Part shown: one piece after another, positions 16,244-26,158 of the stretch | How the letters are laid out: each line of letters opens with the position of its first letter | Position numbering within the stretch: the first letter of the stretch is position 1 | Virus record (IMG/VR): IMGVR_UViG_2778261461_000002 | Location: 1-45,970 of that record | Strand: one strand, 5' to 3' | Origin: a virus | Lineage: Duplodnaviria > Heunggongvirae > Uroviricota > Caudoviricetes | DNA length: 45,970 bases | Translations under genes and position numbers: made by a program | Notes under the pieces: generated by a model | Told to the model about the DNA's origin: nothing | Seen by the model: the letters and a program-made list of their open reading frames with translations, nothing else | The model's database searches: none

Positions 16244-17338
16244 TTAGCTGTGTGCGTAGATGACGCTTTTCTTGCTGTTGATGTCGGTCTTGACCATCAG
16301 GCCGGCAGCGCCCCAGGTGCGCCAGATGTAATCGCTGTTGTAGAACGGACGCGGATCGGCAACGGTGCCAAACGCCTGGCCTACAATCGGAGCAATCACG
16401 CCAGCGGTCAGCGGAACAATCAGGATCTGGTTGCCGGTCAGCTGAGCATCTTCTTTAATCGCGGCAATGCCGGACAGCTTCAGAAGCTCCTGCAGAATGG
16501 TGTCAGACTGGTAGTTGTCGCTGAAGTAGCGCTCCAGGTTGGAGATGATGGCGCTCGATACATACCAGGTCTGCTCAGCGTACTGGTTGTTGGTCAGCTT
16601 GAGCGTATCGCGCAGCTTGATAGCTGCGTTTCGGATGGCTTCCGCTGTAGCCGACGTGCTGGTGAAGTCGATATTCAGACCAGATGCGCCCAGATCCACC
16701 ATCGCCACGCGCTCGTCGTTCTTCAGGCCCTTCCAGGTCTTGTCATCGAACTTGATGTAAGTCCCTTCTGCGTCGCGGTAGCCGTTGTAGATGTAATCCA
16801 CATACTGACGGCGCACTTCGTTGGTGGACTCGAACTGAGCATCAGAGATGATGTCGAACGCGTCCGGGTTGTTCAGGCGCGGCTCACGCCAGTGGAACTT
16901 GAAGCCGGTATCATGCACCGGAACCATGGTGCCGTCGTACTGGTACTGCACAGCATCCAGCGCGGCACCGATCTGGCCGGACATGGAGGTGTGGGCCCAC
17001 ATGCGGCCGCCGGACTTGGCGTATTCGTACACGGTCTGGTTGATGCGCACAGAGCGAGACAGCGGCATCAGGTCGTTGAACAGGGTGAACTCAGTGTTCG
17101 GCTGGAATTGACGCAGAACAGTCTGGTCAAACGCCTTATACAGATCCGCCGGAGAGCGCACCGCGTTAATGCCGTTCAGGTGGTTAACCGCATTGATGCG
17201 ATCGGCCATCTCCTGCATAACGTTGATACCCTGGTGGTTCAGCGCGGCATCACGCTCCTGCGAAAGCATGCCGAACTGGTACTGGTTCACGGCCAGGTTG
17301 CCGGTCTTTTCGCCCAGCGATTTAGAATAAACAAGCAT
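16244..17338 (-). CDS. major capsid protein
   Basis: 364 aa; position after protease/scaffold and decoration-position genes, before head-tail genes. Confidence 0.65.
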   Translation of the reverse strand: MLVYSKSLGEKTGNLAVNQYQFGMLSQERDAALNHQGINVMQEMADRINAVNHLNGINAVRSPADLYKAFDQTVLRQFQPNTEFTLFNDLMPLSRSVRINQTVYEYAKSGGRMWAHTSMSGQIGAALDAVQYQYDGTMVPVHDTGFKFHWREPRLNNPDAFDIISDAQFESTNEVRRQYVDYIYNGYRDAEGTYIKFDDKTWKGLKNDERVAMVDLGASGLNIDFTSTSATAEAIRNAAIKLRDTLKLTNNQYAEQTWYVSSAIISNLERYFSDNYQSDTILQELLKLSGIAAIKEDAQLTGNQILIVPLTAGVIAPIVGQAFGTVADPRPFYNSDYIWRTWGAAGLMVKTDINSKKSVIYAHS

Positions 17339-17349
17339 TCAGTGACTCC

Positions 17350-17778
17350 TTACTTAATCACTACGCGAATGAGGTCGCCAGCAGCGGCGGTAATTGGGCG
17401 CTCTTCATCGCAATAGCAGCGATCGTCTTCGCCAGTGGCCCACTTTTTGACCTGGCCGTTGACGATTGAAAGAGCGTCACCTTTTTTGTAGGTACCCGCA
17501 GCAGCGCGCACGTTAAGGAACATGCCCGGAAGCGGATGGATGCCGACCAGCAGATCGTCTACGGCAAAGGTGTCATCCACCGTCTTGCAGCGCAGATAAT
17601 CGTAATCAGCTGCATAGATGATGGCTGTCTCACTGCCATCCACAGAGGCTTTGAATACGCCCGCATCGAAGAAGCCCAGGGTGCCGGGCTTAACCGCAGT
17701 GGCGCGACCTTCACGGTTGAGGGTCGGGTTTGGGAATACGCCACCGGCGTGGATTACGTGTTTTCCGTCTTTAGCCAT
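17350..17778 (-). CDS. capsid-associated protein (decoration/scaffold-position)
   Basis: 142 aa; between scaffold/protease-like gene and major capsid gene. Confidence 0.35.
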   Translation of the reverse strand: MAKDGKHVIHAGGVFPNPTLNREGRATAVKPGTLGFFDAGVFKASVDGSETAIIYAADYDYLRCKTVDDTFAVDDLLVGIHPLPGMFLNVRAAAGTYKKGDALSIVNGQVKKWATGEDDRCYCDEERPITAAAGDLIRVVIK

Positions 17779-17781
17779 TTT

Positions 17782-19164
17782 TTACTCCGGCATTTCGCTG
17801 ACTGACTGGTTATTGGTAGCCTGGCGGAATGCACCATTCAGGCCGGTTGAGGTCTGGCACTGAGCAAACAGCTCTTTCAGCGGCTCGCCGTCCAGCGCGT
17901 TCACGGCGACATCGGTCATGCCGAACTTGGCTTTCACCGCCGCACGCATGTTGCTTTTCTCACCTTCAGCGTTGGCGTTGATCTGGCTGTTCAGGGCTGT
18001 CACCTGCTCGGTAAGCACCTTGGCCCAGGCAGGCATTTCTTCGTTGTTGGCGGCCGGCTCTTTCTTTTTCGACTTGCCAGCATCATCGATGTCATCGCCA
18101 CCGTCTTTTTTGTCGTCAGAAGCAGACTTCTTCATCTGCTCGTTATAGGCATCCCAGACCTGATCGTCGGTCAGCCCCTCGGTTGTTACGCCTGCGGCAT
18201 TGAGCGCGGCGATCATCTTCTGTTTCATCGGGTTTTGTTCTCCGTTGGTTTTGACTTCGTACTCAGTGGGTTTGCGCACGACTTCGACTGCATCGCCGAC
18301 CAGCGTCACTGTGCTGTCGTCGATGAGGTATTTTTGCTGGAAGAGTTTCGACCCCTCTTCGTAAATGAATTTGTCCGGCCAGACGGTCACCACATAGCGA
18401 TAAACATCACTGCCGGACGGCGCGCGGATGGCCTCACGCAGCATCTGGTAGATTTCGTCGAAGGAGGCGTCGGAGTTGTGGGTGAGGAAGAACTTCACCT
18501 TATTCACCAGTCCGTCTTTGAGGCTGTTTGCCGCGTCGATGAGGCTGGCAGTTTCGACCTCACCTTCCTGACCGTCAGCGTTCACGAACATGCCGACGCC
18601 CTCTTCCGGCGTTCCGGCTCCCGGTTCATCCAGCAGGATGGCAATGTGGTCGAACTGCATGTTGCGGGCGATCCAGGTGTACTTTTTCTCCTTCGACTCG
18701 CCCGACTTCTTCTCTTTGTTGGTGAGCAGCCCGGTTGAGAGGTGAATCGGGTCGGTGTTGGTGCCGGCGATCATCTCGTCGAGGCGGTTAATCAGGCGCT
18801 TGCCATCAGGCTTCGTCTCAGCAACAGCCTTGTTGATGTAAACGTCCATGACGACCTGATCGCCGGATTTGCTGACGTTTTGCGCCCAAGCACCAACGTG
18901 ATAAGCGTTAATGGCGCGCGGATCATTGGCGCTGACATACTTGCCATCTACCATCGGGTGCGGAAGCGGCATCAGCTTGCCTTCCATCGTCTGGTAGCTG
19001 TTGTTAATTTCCTCCGCCGGATACAGGCCACCATTCATCACGATGTCATCGACGATCGGAACCGCACCACGAATGACGTAGTGCTCCTGGCCGTTGATGG
19101 TGGTCGTTGAAATGTTGGAGGCATTGATGGCGAGGGATTTAACGTGGATGCTGGATAGCTTCAC
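17782..19164 (-). CDS. prohead protease / scaffolding-like protein
   Basis: 460 aa; highly charged Lys/Asp/Glu-rich C-terminal half typical of scaffolds; position upstream of capsid gene. Confidence 0.45.
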   Translation of the reverse strand: MKLSSIHVKSLAINASNISTTTINGQEHYVIRGAVPIVDDIVMNGGLYPAEEINNSYQTMEGKLMPLPHPMVDGKYVSANDPRAINAYHVGAWAQNVSKSGDQVVMDVYINKAVAETKPDGKRLINRLDEMIAGTNTDPIHLSTGLLTNKEKKSGESKEKKYTWIARNMQFDHIAILLDEPGAGTPEEGVGMFVNADGQEGEVETASLIDAANSLKDGLVNKVKFFLTHNSDASFDEIYQMLREAIRAPSGSDVYRYVVTVWPDKFIYEEGSKLFQQKYLIDDSTVTLVGDAVEVVRKPTEYEVKTNGEQNPMKQKMIAALNAAGVTTEGLTDDQVWDAYNEQMKKSASDDKKDGGDDIDDAGKSKKKEPAANNEEMPAWAKVLTEQVTALNSQINANAEGEKSNMRAAVKAKFGMTDVAVNALDGEPLKELFAQCQTSTGLNGAFRQATNNQSVSEMPE

Positions 19165-19192
19165 GTTGCGTCCTCATTGGTGGATTTCAGGC

Positions 19193-19219
19193 AATAAAAA
19201 AGGCCGCCGTGGCGACCTT
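19193..19219 (-). terminator. rho-independent terminator after 243-aa moron gene
   Basis: minus-strand hairpin ggtcgcc-acg-gcggcc followed by U7. Confidence 0.5.
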
Positions 19220-19223
19220 ATAA

Positions 19224-19955
19224 TTAATTGTTCAAATCAAGTTTTATCATCTCATTGAATTCGCGCGTATTTCCTATCTTTAGAATATCACCTATGTAGC
19301 CGATATCCAGAGTGAATGGCTCTCCATCCGGTGATGCTCGGTATATAGCGATGCGATATTCGTTTTGATGACTGTACGAACTACGTTTATTGAACACAGA
19401 TGCGAGCGAAAACTGGTCGAATTTAAGTGTCTCTTTTTCATCAAAATAAACGATAGGTTCACATCGATAGGCCAACACTTCACCAGAGGCAACCAAAGTA
19501 TCTAGCTTTTTGATAACTCTGGACATAAATTCAGCCTCATCCCACACAAGCGCAAAATACTGTCCGAGGTTTTCTGCTTCTGGGGGTAACTTGTAATAGC
19601 CATTTAACTTATCGACCTCATATTCATAAAATGGCCGAGCAAGAATTCCATGAGAATGAAGATGGGTCATACAGAAGACGTTAATGTTATCGACCCAGTC
19701 CATTTTTATGGTTATTGGGCCAGCGAAATCAGCTTGAGTGAGGATGATTTCTTCTCCAGGCAAACCGATCTTCAAGATATGCTCATCCGGCTGTAGCCAG
19801 CCACTAACTCCTTCATGTTTGTCGGCAACATTGTTGTCGCTTTCATCCTCAACTTTAATGAAGTAGCTGAGGGGATTCATGTAAAGTTGGCCGTTAATGA
19901 ACCCCTCACGAAAGCTGTCTTGAGAAAACAGCTTCACAAAAAATCTGTAATCCAT
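19224..19955 (-). CDS. hypothetical moron protein (243 aa), AT-rich
   Basis: complete ORF with its own downstream terminator, inserted between head morphogenesis and scaffold genes; C-terminal RSSYSH resembles an Rx4H motif. Confidence 0.5.
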   Translation of the reverse strand: MDYRFFVKLFSQDSFREGFINGQLYMNPLSYFIKVEDESDNNVADKHEGVSGWLQPDEHILKIGLPGEEIILTQADFAGPITIKMDWVDNINVFCMTHLHSHGILARPFYEYEVDKLNGYYKLPPEAENLGQYFALVWDEAEFMSRVIKKLDTLVASGEVLAYRCEPIVYFDEKETLKFDQFSLASVFNKRSSYSHQNEYRIAIYRASPDGEPFTLDIGYIGDILKIGNTREFNEMIKLDLNN

Positions 19956-19997
19956 AATCCCTCACATTACGTTTGCATGTGGGTGGATTTATAAAGC

Positions 19998-20930
19998 TTA
20001 TTCGTTCTTCACAACAGCCTTCTGCCAAATCTTTTTTTCCAACGCCAACTTATCCGTCAACCCTTCGTTGAATATGCTGCCGTCGTCATTGAGCAGCACC
20101 GGGATCTGGCTGCAGTAGCAGTTGTACCGGTTGCCGTTCACGGCGTAGAAGTCGCGCACCTCTTCGGTGGTGTAGACCTTGCCGTGACGGCTGGCGTGCC
20201 AGGTGCGCGTTGTCGGCTTGAGTGCTGACAGCCACAGCAAGCCGGTATTTAGCCCCAGCCGGTCAGCAGCCCAATCCGTTTCGTTCCACTGAGCCTGCCG
20301 CAGCGCGCCGACCTGTTCGGTCTGGGCAATATTCTTCGCGCGAGACATACTGACATCGAGGCGCTTACTGATGACGCTGGCAGTTTCCCTCGGGTTAACC
20401 CCGCGTGCCACCGCGTCGGTGATGATGCCTGTCAGGTCTGCCCGGGCGGCATCGCTGATCGCCTTCCAGTCGCTGAATGTTGTCAGCCTGGCGGAGGCAA
20501 TCTGGTTTTGATAACCGGGGCTGCTTAGAAGCTGCTGTAGCGTCGTCTGGCTGGCGTACACCTGTGACTGCTGCGAGAGGTTGTTGAAGGCTTCTAACGT
20601 CCCTCTCCGCGCTTCTGCGACGACGTAATCCATCGCCCACTGGTTCTGCTCGCCCCCTTCCAGCAGATAATCATCCAGGATGGCCTGCACCGCCTCGAGC
20701 AGCTCAGCCAGTTCCTGCGGGGTCATGTCATAGATGAACTTCCCGGCGTTGACCTGGTAGAGCCTCTGGTCATCACCGTTGACGTGACACAGGAAGTGCC
20801 AGCTGTGGCTGTTAACCTCGCGCTCCAGCCCGGTCAGGCGCTGGTCGAACAGGGCTTTCAGGGCAACCTTAATCGCGTAATACCGGTCCTCGATATCGCG
20901 TTCCATCCTGCTGACTGGTTTGCGCGACAT
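19998..20930 (-). CDS. head morphogenesis protein (Mu F / SPP1 gp7-like)
   Basis: position directly after portal; start adjusted to ATG at 20930 (MSRKPVSRMERD) to avoid the 170-nt overlap with portal in the ORF track. Confidence 0.6.
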   Translation of the reverse strand: MSRKPVSRMERDIEDRYYAIKVALKALFDQRLTGLEREVNSHSWHFLCHVNGDDQRLYQVNAGKFIYDMTPQELAELLEAVQAILDDYLLEGGEQNQWAMDYVVAEARRGTLEAFNNLSQQSQVYASQTTLQQLLSSPGYQNQIASARLTTFSDWKAISDAARADLTGIITDAVARGVNPRETASVISKRLDVSMSRAKNIAQTEQVGALRQAQWNETDWAADRLGLNTGLLWLSALKPTTRTWHASRHGKVYTTEEVRDFYAVNGNRYNCYCSQIPVLLNDDGSIFNEGLTDKLALEKKIWQKAVVKNE

Positions 20931-20937
20931 CGTGGGG

Positions 20938-22386
20938 TCAACCTTCGACCGTGGTATTACCGGACTCTTCGGCTTCTGATTCTGGGTCGGCCAGTGGGTC
21001 AGGCTTTGGCTTATTGCCATCTGGCGGCACCTCTTCATCAAGTTCTGGCAGGGCTTGCAGCTCGCCTGCCGCACGAATCTCGTTCTCGGTAATGGCTGAG
21101 CGGCCAAATGCGTTCGTCGATTTAACGGCGACGTCAGCCAGCTTATCCATGTTGGCTATCTTCTCTGCCTGGCTCGGTGCCAGCAGATCGGACCATCCCA
21201 CGGTGACTTCTTCGCCGCTGGCAGGAGGGATAAACCCCAGCGTCCAGAAACGAGTAACCACCTCAGTGATCACGTCGCTCAGGAAGCCATTACGTCGGCT
21301 CATACGGGTTTTGGCCCAGTCCTTCGCATCTTCCGTACTGGCCCGTTCGCCGGTCTGCATCCCTACCAGCACTTTCACCGGGATCGGTACGGTGGCGCAA
21401 AATTCATTGAGCGCTGTTCGCCAGGTTGGCTCCGGATCGGCAACGGCTACGGAAAGCACGCTGGTATCGCCCTCCTGCATAATGACGGCGCTGTCTGTGC
21501 TGTCATTCAGGCGGCGAACCTGGTCATCCATCCCCTCAGAGAGCTGGGCTTCGCTAACACCCAGCGCCCTTGCCAGCTGCGCGAAGCTTGTCTTGGCGCT
21601 GAAGTTAAAGTTGAGCTGTCGGCTGGCGTTCTTCAGGAACCCCTCCGCCGCACCGCCCGATACCTTCTCAAGGTCCAGCAGCTTATTGAAGCCCTCTTCC
21701 AGCAGCGATTCGCCGGAATCAAGCCGCCCGTCATCCGAGCCTTCAGCAAGGATAATGACGCGGTCAGGGTGAACGTTGATGATGCGCCCGGGCTGACCGC
21801 TGCGTTGCTGCTGCACTGGAATCTCGGTAAACGAGTACATGCTGACAGCGCCGTAGTCCTCGCTGTTCTGGTCCTCGTTATAACTGACCGGGTCGAGCTG
21901 GGCCTCCCAGACCGGAATCAACCGGACGAGCGCCCTTTCCTGCATCCTGCCGACCATCGCCTTATCAACAGGCTCCGACCAAGGCTTGCTGTCTTTAACC
22001 TGAATCAGCAGCGCAGAGTAGCGGCCTACGAGGTTACGCTTGTCAGCGCCCTTAATCTGCTTCCAGCAGCGCTTGAGCAGCTTATTGATCCGCTTATCCC
22101 AGGCCGTTTGTTGCGTTGCATCCTTCGTCTGGTCGCCTTCGTAAACTTCCGGGTAATCCTCCCAGCAGCCATCAACCATGCGCGTTACCGCGGCGCCAGC
22201 GATGGCATTGCGGCGGTACGCCCGGTAGAAGTCATCGAAGCAGAGATCCTGTGGATACCCAAACTCCTGATACAGGCGCTTACGCTTGGTGTTACTGGTG
22301 CCATTGAACAGTGCGTTGACGTAACGCATCCGTTCGCGGTCGATGCTGGCGTTCGTGGCGAGTTGTTTATTTTCGCTTTCGTTCAC
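20938..22386 (-). CDS. portal protein
   Basis: 482 aa; directly downstream of terminase large subunit; acidic C-terminal tail. Confidence 0.7.
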   Translation of the reverse strand: MNESENKQLATNASIDRERMRYVNALFNGTSNTKRKRLYQEFGYPQDLCFDDFYRAYRRNAIAGAAVTRMVDGCWEDYPEVYEGDQTKDATQQTAWDKRINKLLKRCWKQIKGADKRNLVGRYSALLIQVKDSKPWSEPVDKAMVGRMQERALVRLIPVWEAQLDPVSYNEDQNSEDYGAVSMYSFTEIPVQQQRSGQPGRIINVHPDRVIILAEGSDDGRLDSGESLLEEGFNKLLDLEKVSGGAAEGFLKNASRQLNFNFSAKTSFAQLARALGVSEAQLSEGMDDQVRRLNDSTDSAVIMQEGDTSVLSVAVADPEPTWRTALNEFCATVPIPVKVLVGMQTGERASTEDAKDWAKTRMSRRNGFLSDVITEVVTRFWTLGFIPPASGEEVTVGWSDLLAPSQAEKIANMDKLADVAVKSTNAFGRSAITENEIRAAGELQALPELDEEVPPDGNKPKPDPLADPESEAEESGNTTVEG

Positions 22387-22397
22387 GGTCTCCTCCG

Positions 22398-23870
22398 TCA
22401 GCGCGAGCGCACCAACATGCCGGTTGATTGTGGTTCTGATAGTTCGGTGAGCGCGTATACCGCGGCATCAAGCCGGTCAGGTGATTTCTTCGCAGTAGAT
22501 GGCACGTACTCCATGAACTGGTTCTCGACCTCGTAGAGGCTGCCACGGTGAGCGACCCGGCCCTGCGCATACAGCGCGGAGATGGGTTCTGCACGTGCGT
22601 ATTTACCCTTACTGGCGTGTACGCGGATGATGCGGCCGCCGAATCCGGCATTGCGTAGCGTGTCCTCCGCCATATCGCCGCCCTGGTTGGTTTCGATGAC
22701 GATCGCATCAGCTTCGTGCTGCTCATAGGCTTCAATGGCTTTGGTGGCCCAGCCGTTGGGCGAATACTTCCCGCTGTAATCCGCATCGAGGCTGTACTGC
22801 CGTTCATCGCCGGTACCGTAAACGCTGGCGACGGCAATGCCTGATTCGTCGCTCTCTTCGCTGTTGGTGGCCTGCGGGTCGATTGCCACGACCGTACGGG
22901 CTAGCTCCTGGGTGATCCGCATCGCGTGTGCGGCGCTGATCATCTCCTCGTTCCACAACGCGCCCTCCGCATTAAAGCGTTTCGGGTTCTGCATGTACTG
23001 GGCTTCGGCGGTGCGCCGGTGAGAGAACAGTGATACTCGGTGCGATTCGTTGTGCTTAAACGGCCATAGCCAGCCATCAGGCAGGCCGTGGTCAATCGGG
23101 ATTGCGTGGGTGTTTTCCGGATACTGGTCGGCGTACGACTTGCTGTTATTGATGATTACTGGCAGATTCAGGTGGTGCCACTTCTCACCGCTTCCGCCCC
23201 GCAGCAGGTAACCGCTCAGGTCGTGGTAGTGAATGCGCTGCATGATGACAATCATCGGCGTCGTCTCGATCGCCAGTCGTGATTTGATTGTCTCGTTAAA
23301 GCGGTTGTTGACGCCGTCGCGGACGATCTCAGAGTAAGCGTCATCCGGCTTAACCGGGTCATCAATAATTAGCGCACCCTGCCAGCCTGGCTCCATGTGT
23401 CCGGCACGGAAGCCGGTAACCTGTCCCGCAGCTGATGACGCATAAACGCCGCCCCCATGTTCGGTCCACCACATCGCCTTACTGTCAGCGTCATCGCGTA
23501 GCGACATCGGCCACATAGACTGATAGGCCTGTGACTTAATCATGCCGCGTGCGGTGGAAGAGTTCAGCAGCGCCAGGTTGTGCGAGTAGGACAGGTGCAT
23601 GAAGCGAGCCCGGCAGTTCAGCGCCAGCCCGCGCCCCATCATGTTGATGGTCGCCAGTTCCGTCTTTGTGTACCCAGGCGGTACGTTGATGATCAGGCGC
23701 GTAATTTCACCATCTATAACGCGGTCCAGTGTCTGCTGAATCACCTTGTGGTGAGGCGCGACAATCATCTTGCCGCCGGTGCGCTGCTTGAAGAAGTAGC
23801 GCGCGTAATACAGACCGTCCTCTTCACACTCTACCCGTCGGGCAAATGTCTTTTGCTCAGCAGTCGTCAT
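22398..23870 (-). CDS. terminase large subunit
   Basis: 490 aa; N-terminal ATPase region with Walker-A-like segment INVPPGYTKTE, C-terminal nuclease-like half with conserved acidic residues; gene order. Confidence 0.8.
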   Translation of the reverse strand: MTTAEQKTFARRVECEEDGLYYARYFFKQRTGGKMIVAPHHKVIQQTLDRVIDGEITRLIINVPPGYTKTELATINMMGRGLALNCRARFMHLSYSHNLALLNSSTARGMIKSQAYQSMWPMSLRDDADSKAMWWTEHGGGVYASSAAGQVTGFRAGHMEPGWQGALIIDDPVKPDDAYSEIVRDGVNNRFNETIKSRLAIETTPMIVIMQRIHYHDLSGYLLRGGSGEKWHHLNLPVIINNSKSYADQYPENTHAIPIDHGLPDGWLWPFKHNESHRVSLFSHRRTAEAQYMQNPKRFNAEGALWNEEMISAAHAMRITQELARTVVAIDPQATNSEESDESGIAVASVYGTGDERQYSLDADYSGKYSPNGWATKAIEAYEQHEADAIVIETNQGGDMAEDTLRNAGFGGRIIRVHASKGKYARAEPISALYAQGRVAHRGSLYEVENQFMEYVPSTAKKSPDRLDAAVYALTELSEPQSTGMLVRSR

Positions 23871-24336
23871 CCTCCATCATCTCCTGCCGTGCTGACTTAT
23901 ATTCATCCTTGCTCATGGTGATCGTCTGGATAGCGCCACCATTGGGACCAGAATGCTCGAACTTGTGCCTGTTGGTGTAAGCGTCGCCGCACTCTTTGGC
24001 GGCCTGCTCGATAATCTCCGCGGTTAACGCGAGGTTCTTCATTCCCTCTGCGCGCGTCGCCATGCGGTCGAGAACGCGCAGCCGGTACGCCTTGTTGGCG
24101 ATCGGGATATCGGAGATTTCACTCTGGAAGCGTTCGCGGGTGGCGTTGAACATGTCCACCCATTTTTGCGCCAGTCCTTTGCCGTTTGCTTTCGTCGGGT
24201 CGTGGGATTCGACCTGCTGACGAGGTATCGCCAGGCCAAATTCTTTTTTGACCGACTCAACCACTTGAGAGGGGGTATCAAAGCAGGCAAGAGACTGAAC
24301 GATGAAGGCTTTGACCTCACCTTTCAGTGCCGCCAT
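23857..24336 (-). CDS. terminase small subunit (putative)
   Basis: 159 aa; overlaps terminase large subunit start; helix-rich basic N-terminus. Confidence 0.45.
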   Translation of the reverse strand: MAALKGEVKAFIVQSLACFDTPSQVVESVKKEFGLAIPRQQVESHDPTKANGKGLAQKWVDMFNATRERFQSEISDIPIANKAYRLRVLDRMATRAEGMKNLALTAEIIEQAAKECGDAYTNRHKFEHSGPNGGAIQTITMSKDEYKSARQEMMEDDDC

Positions 24337-24368
24337 AAATCACCTGCCTGTCATAATCAGTCATAAAG

Positions 24369-25007
24369 TTAAGCCAGTTTCAGCATGCACGTTCCGCATG
24401 ATCTGGCGATATCGATGTGAGCCACTTCCGCTGGCGCATTGGCCGCGTCCACCAGATCCTGCACTTCTTTGCTGGCACCGTAACGGCGTACGATACCAAC
24501 GAACTCTTCGACGTCGTGGCCACGCAGTGTAAGCACTGGCTGCCCGGTCTCTTTGTTGAACTTTGGCGCGCCGAAATCATCGGTGGCCTGAGAGATGTGG
24601 TAAAGCTCATGCTCCACCAGCGCGCAAAACTCAAGGTCACTGCATTGGGAGCAATAATCGGCAGCCAGCGTGATGATGTACTTCGGGACGCGCCCAAACC
24701 ATTCATGCATCTGCTGTTCCATCCGGGCTTTCTGCCACCCGCCAGCACGCAGCATCACCTGCTCAGCCTGACCGAGCACATAGCGTCCCTTCTTTGCGAA
24801 CGAATCTGATGCCCACATGAAGCAGAGATCCGCATCAATCAGGTGGGCATGGTCTGGATTGTGGATGTTGCCGGTATCGCTGAGGATTTGGCGATTTACC
24901 CACTCGTTCACTTCGGTAGCGGGGATAAGTCTGGTATAGGGATGCCAGTTCTCCGCGCTAATGAAGTTAACCGGTGGGTATGGCCTGCGCTCGTCATCGA
25001 TCGGCAT
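24369..25007 (-). CDS. HExxH zinc metallopeptidase-like protein (SprT-like motif HELYH)
   Basis: 212 aa; ALVEHELYHI motif; backbone-like GC composition. Confidence 0.45.
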   Translation of the reverse strand: MPIDDERRPYPPVNFISAENWHPYTRLIPATEVNEWVNRQILSDTGNIHNPDHAHLIDADLCFMWASDSFAKKGRYVLGQAEQVMLRAGGWQKARMEQQMHEWFGRVPKYIITLAADYCSQCSDLEFCALVEHELYHISQATDDFGAPKFNKETGQPVLTLRGHDVEEFVGIVRRYGASKEVQDLVDAANAPAEVAHIDIARSCGTCMLKLA

Positions 25008-25073
25008 GCATTACTCCATTTATCCCCTATGGGGTGTAATTACGAAATATCCGTTATAGCCATTACGGTGAAC

Positions 25074-25108
25074 ATAAAAAAAGCCCCGCAATGCGAGGCC
25101 TTTTTGAA
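25074..25108. terminator. bidirectional rho-independent terminator
   Basis: a7, hairpin gccccgc-aat-gcgaggc (one G-U), then ctttttg; directly downstream of serine protease gene. Confidence 0.6.
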
Positions 25109-25131
25109 TGATGATTATAATGAAGATAATA

Positions 25132-25866
25132 TTATTCAGCTTTGAGCGTAGCAATTGCATCAATAATGGGCTGTATAGGGAAACCGATACCTATGCCAGG
25201 ATTTGCATTAGACTCCAGAATTTTGACTATTGTAGCCAGTGACTCTGCATAAAGTGAGTTAACCCTCGCGAAATCCACACCACCGAAGCTTACATTCACT
25301 TGCATGTTCCCAATTTCTATCAAAAGTCTTTTGGATCTTTCAGCAATAGCATCAGCCTCAACTTTTCCCGGGTATCTTCTTTCGGTGACGATACCAACCA
25401 CATCCCCTGACTCTAATTCAATAATGGGGCCTCCGGAATTGCCACCGTTTACCATTCCATCGATAGCAAACTTGCCGTCCTCCATTGGGGCTGAAATTAT
25501 GGCTTCACTTGTTAACAAATCAGATAAACCATGCGGATAGCCTGCAAAAATCAAACGCTTTCCCCTTGTTGGGGTGAAGTTGGGTGAAGGCTGCAAAACA
25601 ACCCTTCCCGCTGGCAGTGCTTCTGAAAGTTGCATGACCGCAATGTCGTTTTCGATGTCAACACGTTGAATCTGAGCTTGTAAGCTCTGATGAGATTCAG
25701 TGAGCAAAGTGACTGGACCGCGAGTGCTGCTAGTTGCTATATCAACCAATGATTTTATTACATGCCAATTTGTAATAACTAAATCATCCCTCAGGAAACT
25801 AAAACCACTGCCGCGAGACTGCCCTGCAATGACTTGAAAAGTTGCGTTGGCTAAAGTTTGATGCAT
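25132..25866 (-). CDS. trypsin-like (S1/Trypsin_2-type) serine protease, no signal peptide
   Basis: 244 aa; catalytic triad contexts TNWHV (His), ENDIAV (Asp), GNSGGP (Ser); AT-rich gene. Confidence 0.75.
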   Translation of the reverse strand: MHQTLANATFQVIAGQSRGSGFSFLRDDLVITNWHVIKSLVDIATSSTRGPVTLLTESHQSLQAQIQRVDIENDIAVMQLSEALPAGRVVLQPSPNFTPTRGKRLIFAGYPHGLSDLLTSEAIISAPMEDGKFAIDGMVNGGNSGGPIIELESGDVVGIVTERRYPGKVEADAIAERSKRLLIEIGNMQVNVSFGGVDFARVNSLYAESLATIVKILESNANPGIGIGFPIQPIIDAIATLKAE

Positions 25867-25978
25867 CGACTTTCTCCGATACCGGTGAGTGAAAAATCAT
25901 AATGAATTCATCCACCAGAATAATTGATGAGACACATCAATTCACACGCAAAATATTCACTGCATCAATCGGTTCGTC

Positions 25979-26158
25979 TTATTTTTGAACTGAGCGCAAT
26001 TTCAGCACCAATGCACATGAGTCATTGGTAGTTTCGCTTTTGACAACCACCAGCTCAAGAACCTCACCTTCTTGCGGGATTTCATTTTCCACAAAGAGGT
26101 TTTTAACTTCGTAAATTGAGTTAGTAACCGAGATAAACCCACGGTCTTCTTTTTTCAT
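25979..26158 (-). CDS. small acidic protein (59 aa), missed by ORF track
   Basis: ATG at 26158 preceded by GAGGTG Shine-Dalgarno at proper spacing; translation MKKEDRGFISVTNSIYEVKNLFVENEIPQEGEVLELVVVKSETTNDSCALVLKLRSVQK; 110 nt upstream of protease gene. Confidence 0.45.
   Translation of the reverse strand: MKKEDRGFISVTNSIYEVKNLFVENEIPQEGEVLELVVVKSETTNDSCALVLKLRSVQK

Noticed and set aside
15986-17416. 476-aa plus-strand ORF
   Set aside because: Lies antisense to the major capsid and neighbouring head genes in a GC-rich region; Arg/Ala/Val-rich low-complexity translation typical of spurious antisense ORFs
19224-19955. HEPN assignment for the 243-aa moron protein
   Set aside because: Rests on a single RSSYSH motif; an Rx4H hexapeptide occurs by chance often enough that no domain call is justified without profile or structure evidence
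20951-22536. 273-aa and 255-aa plus-strand ORFs
   Set aside because: Antisense to portal and terminase genes; Ser/Arg-rich translations with no motifs; the minus-strand genes have coherent order and coupling
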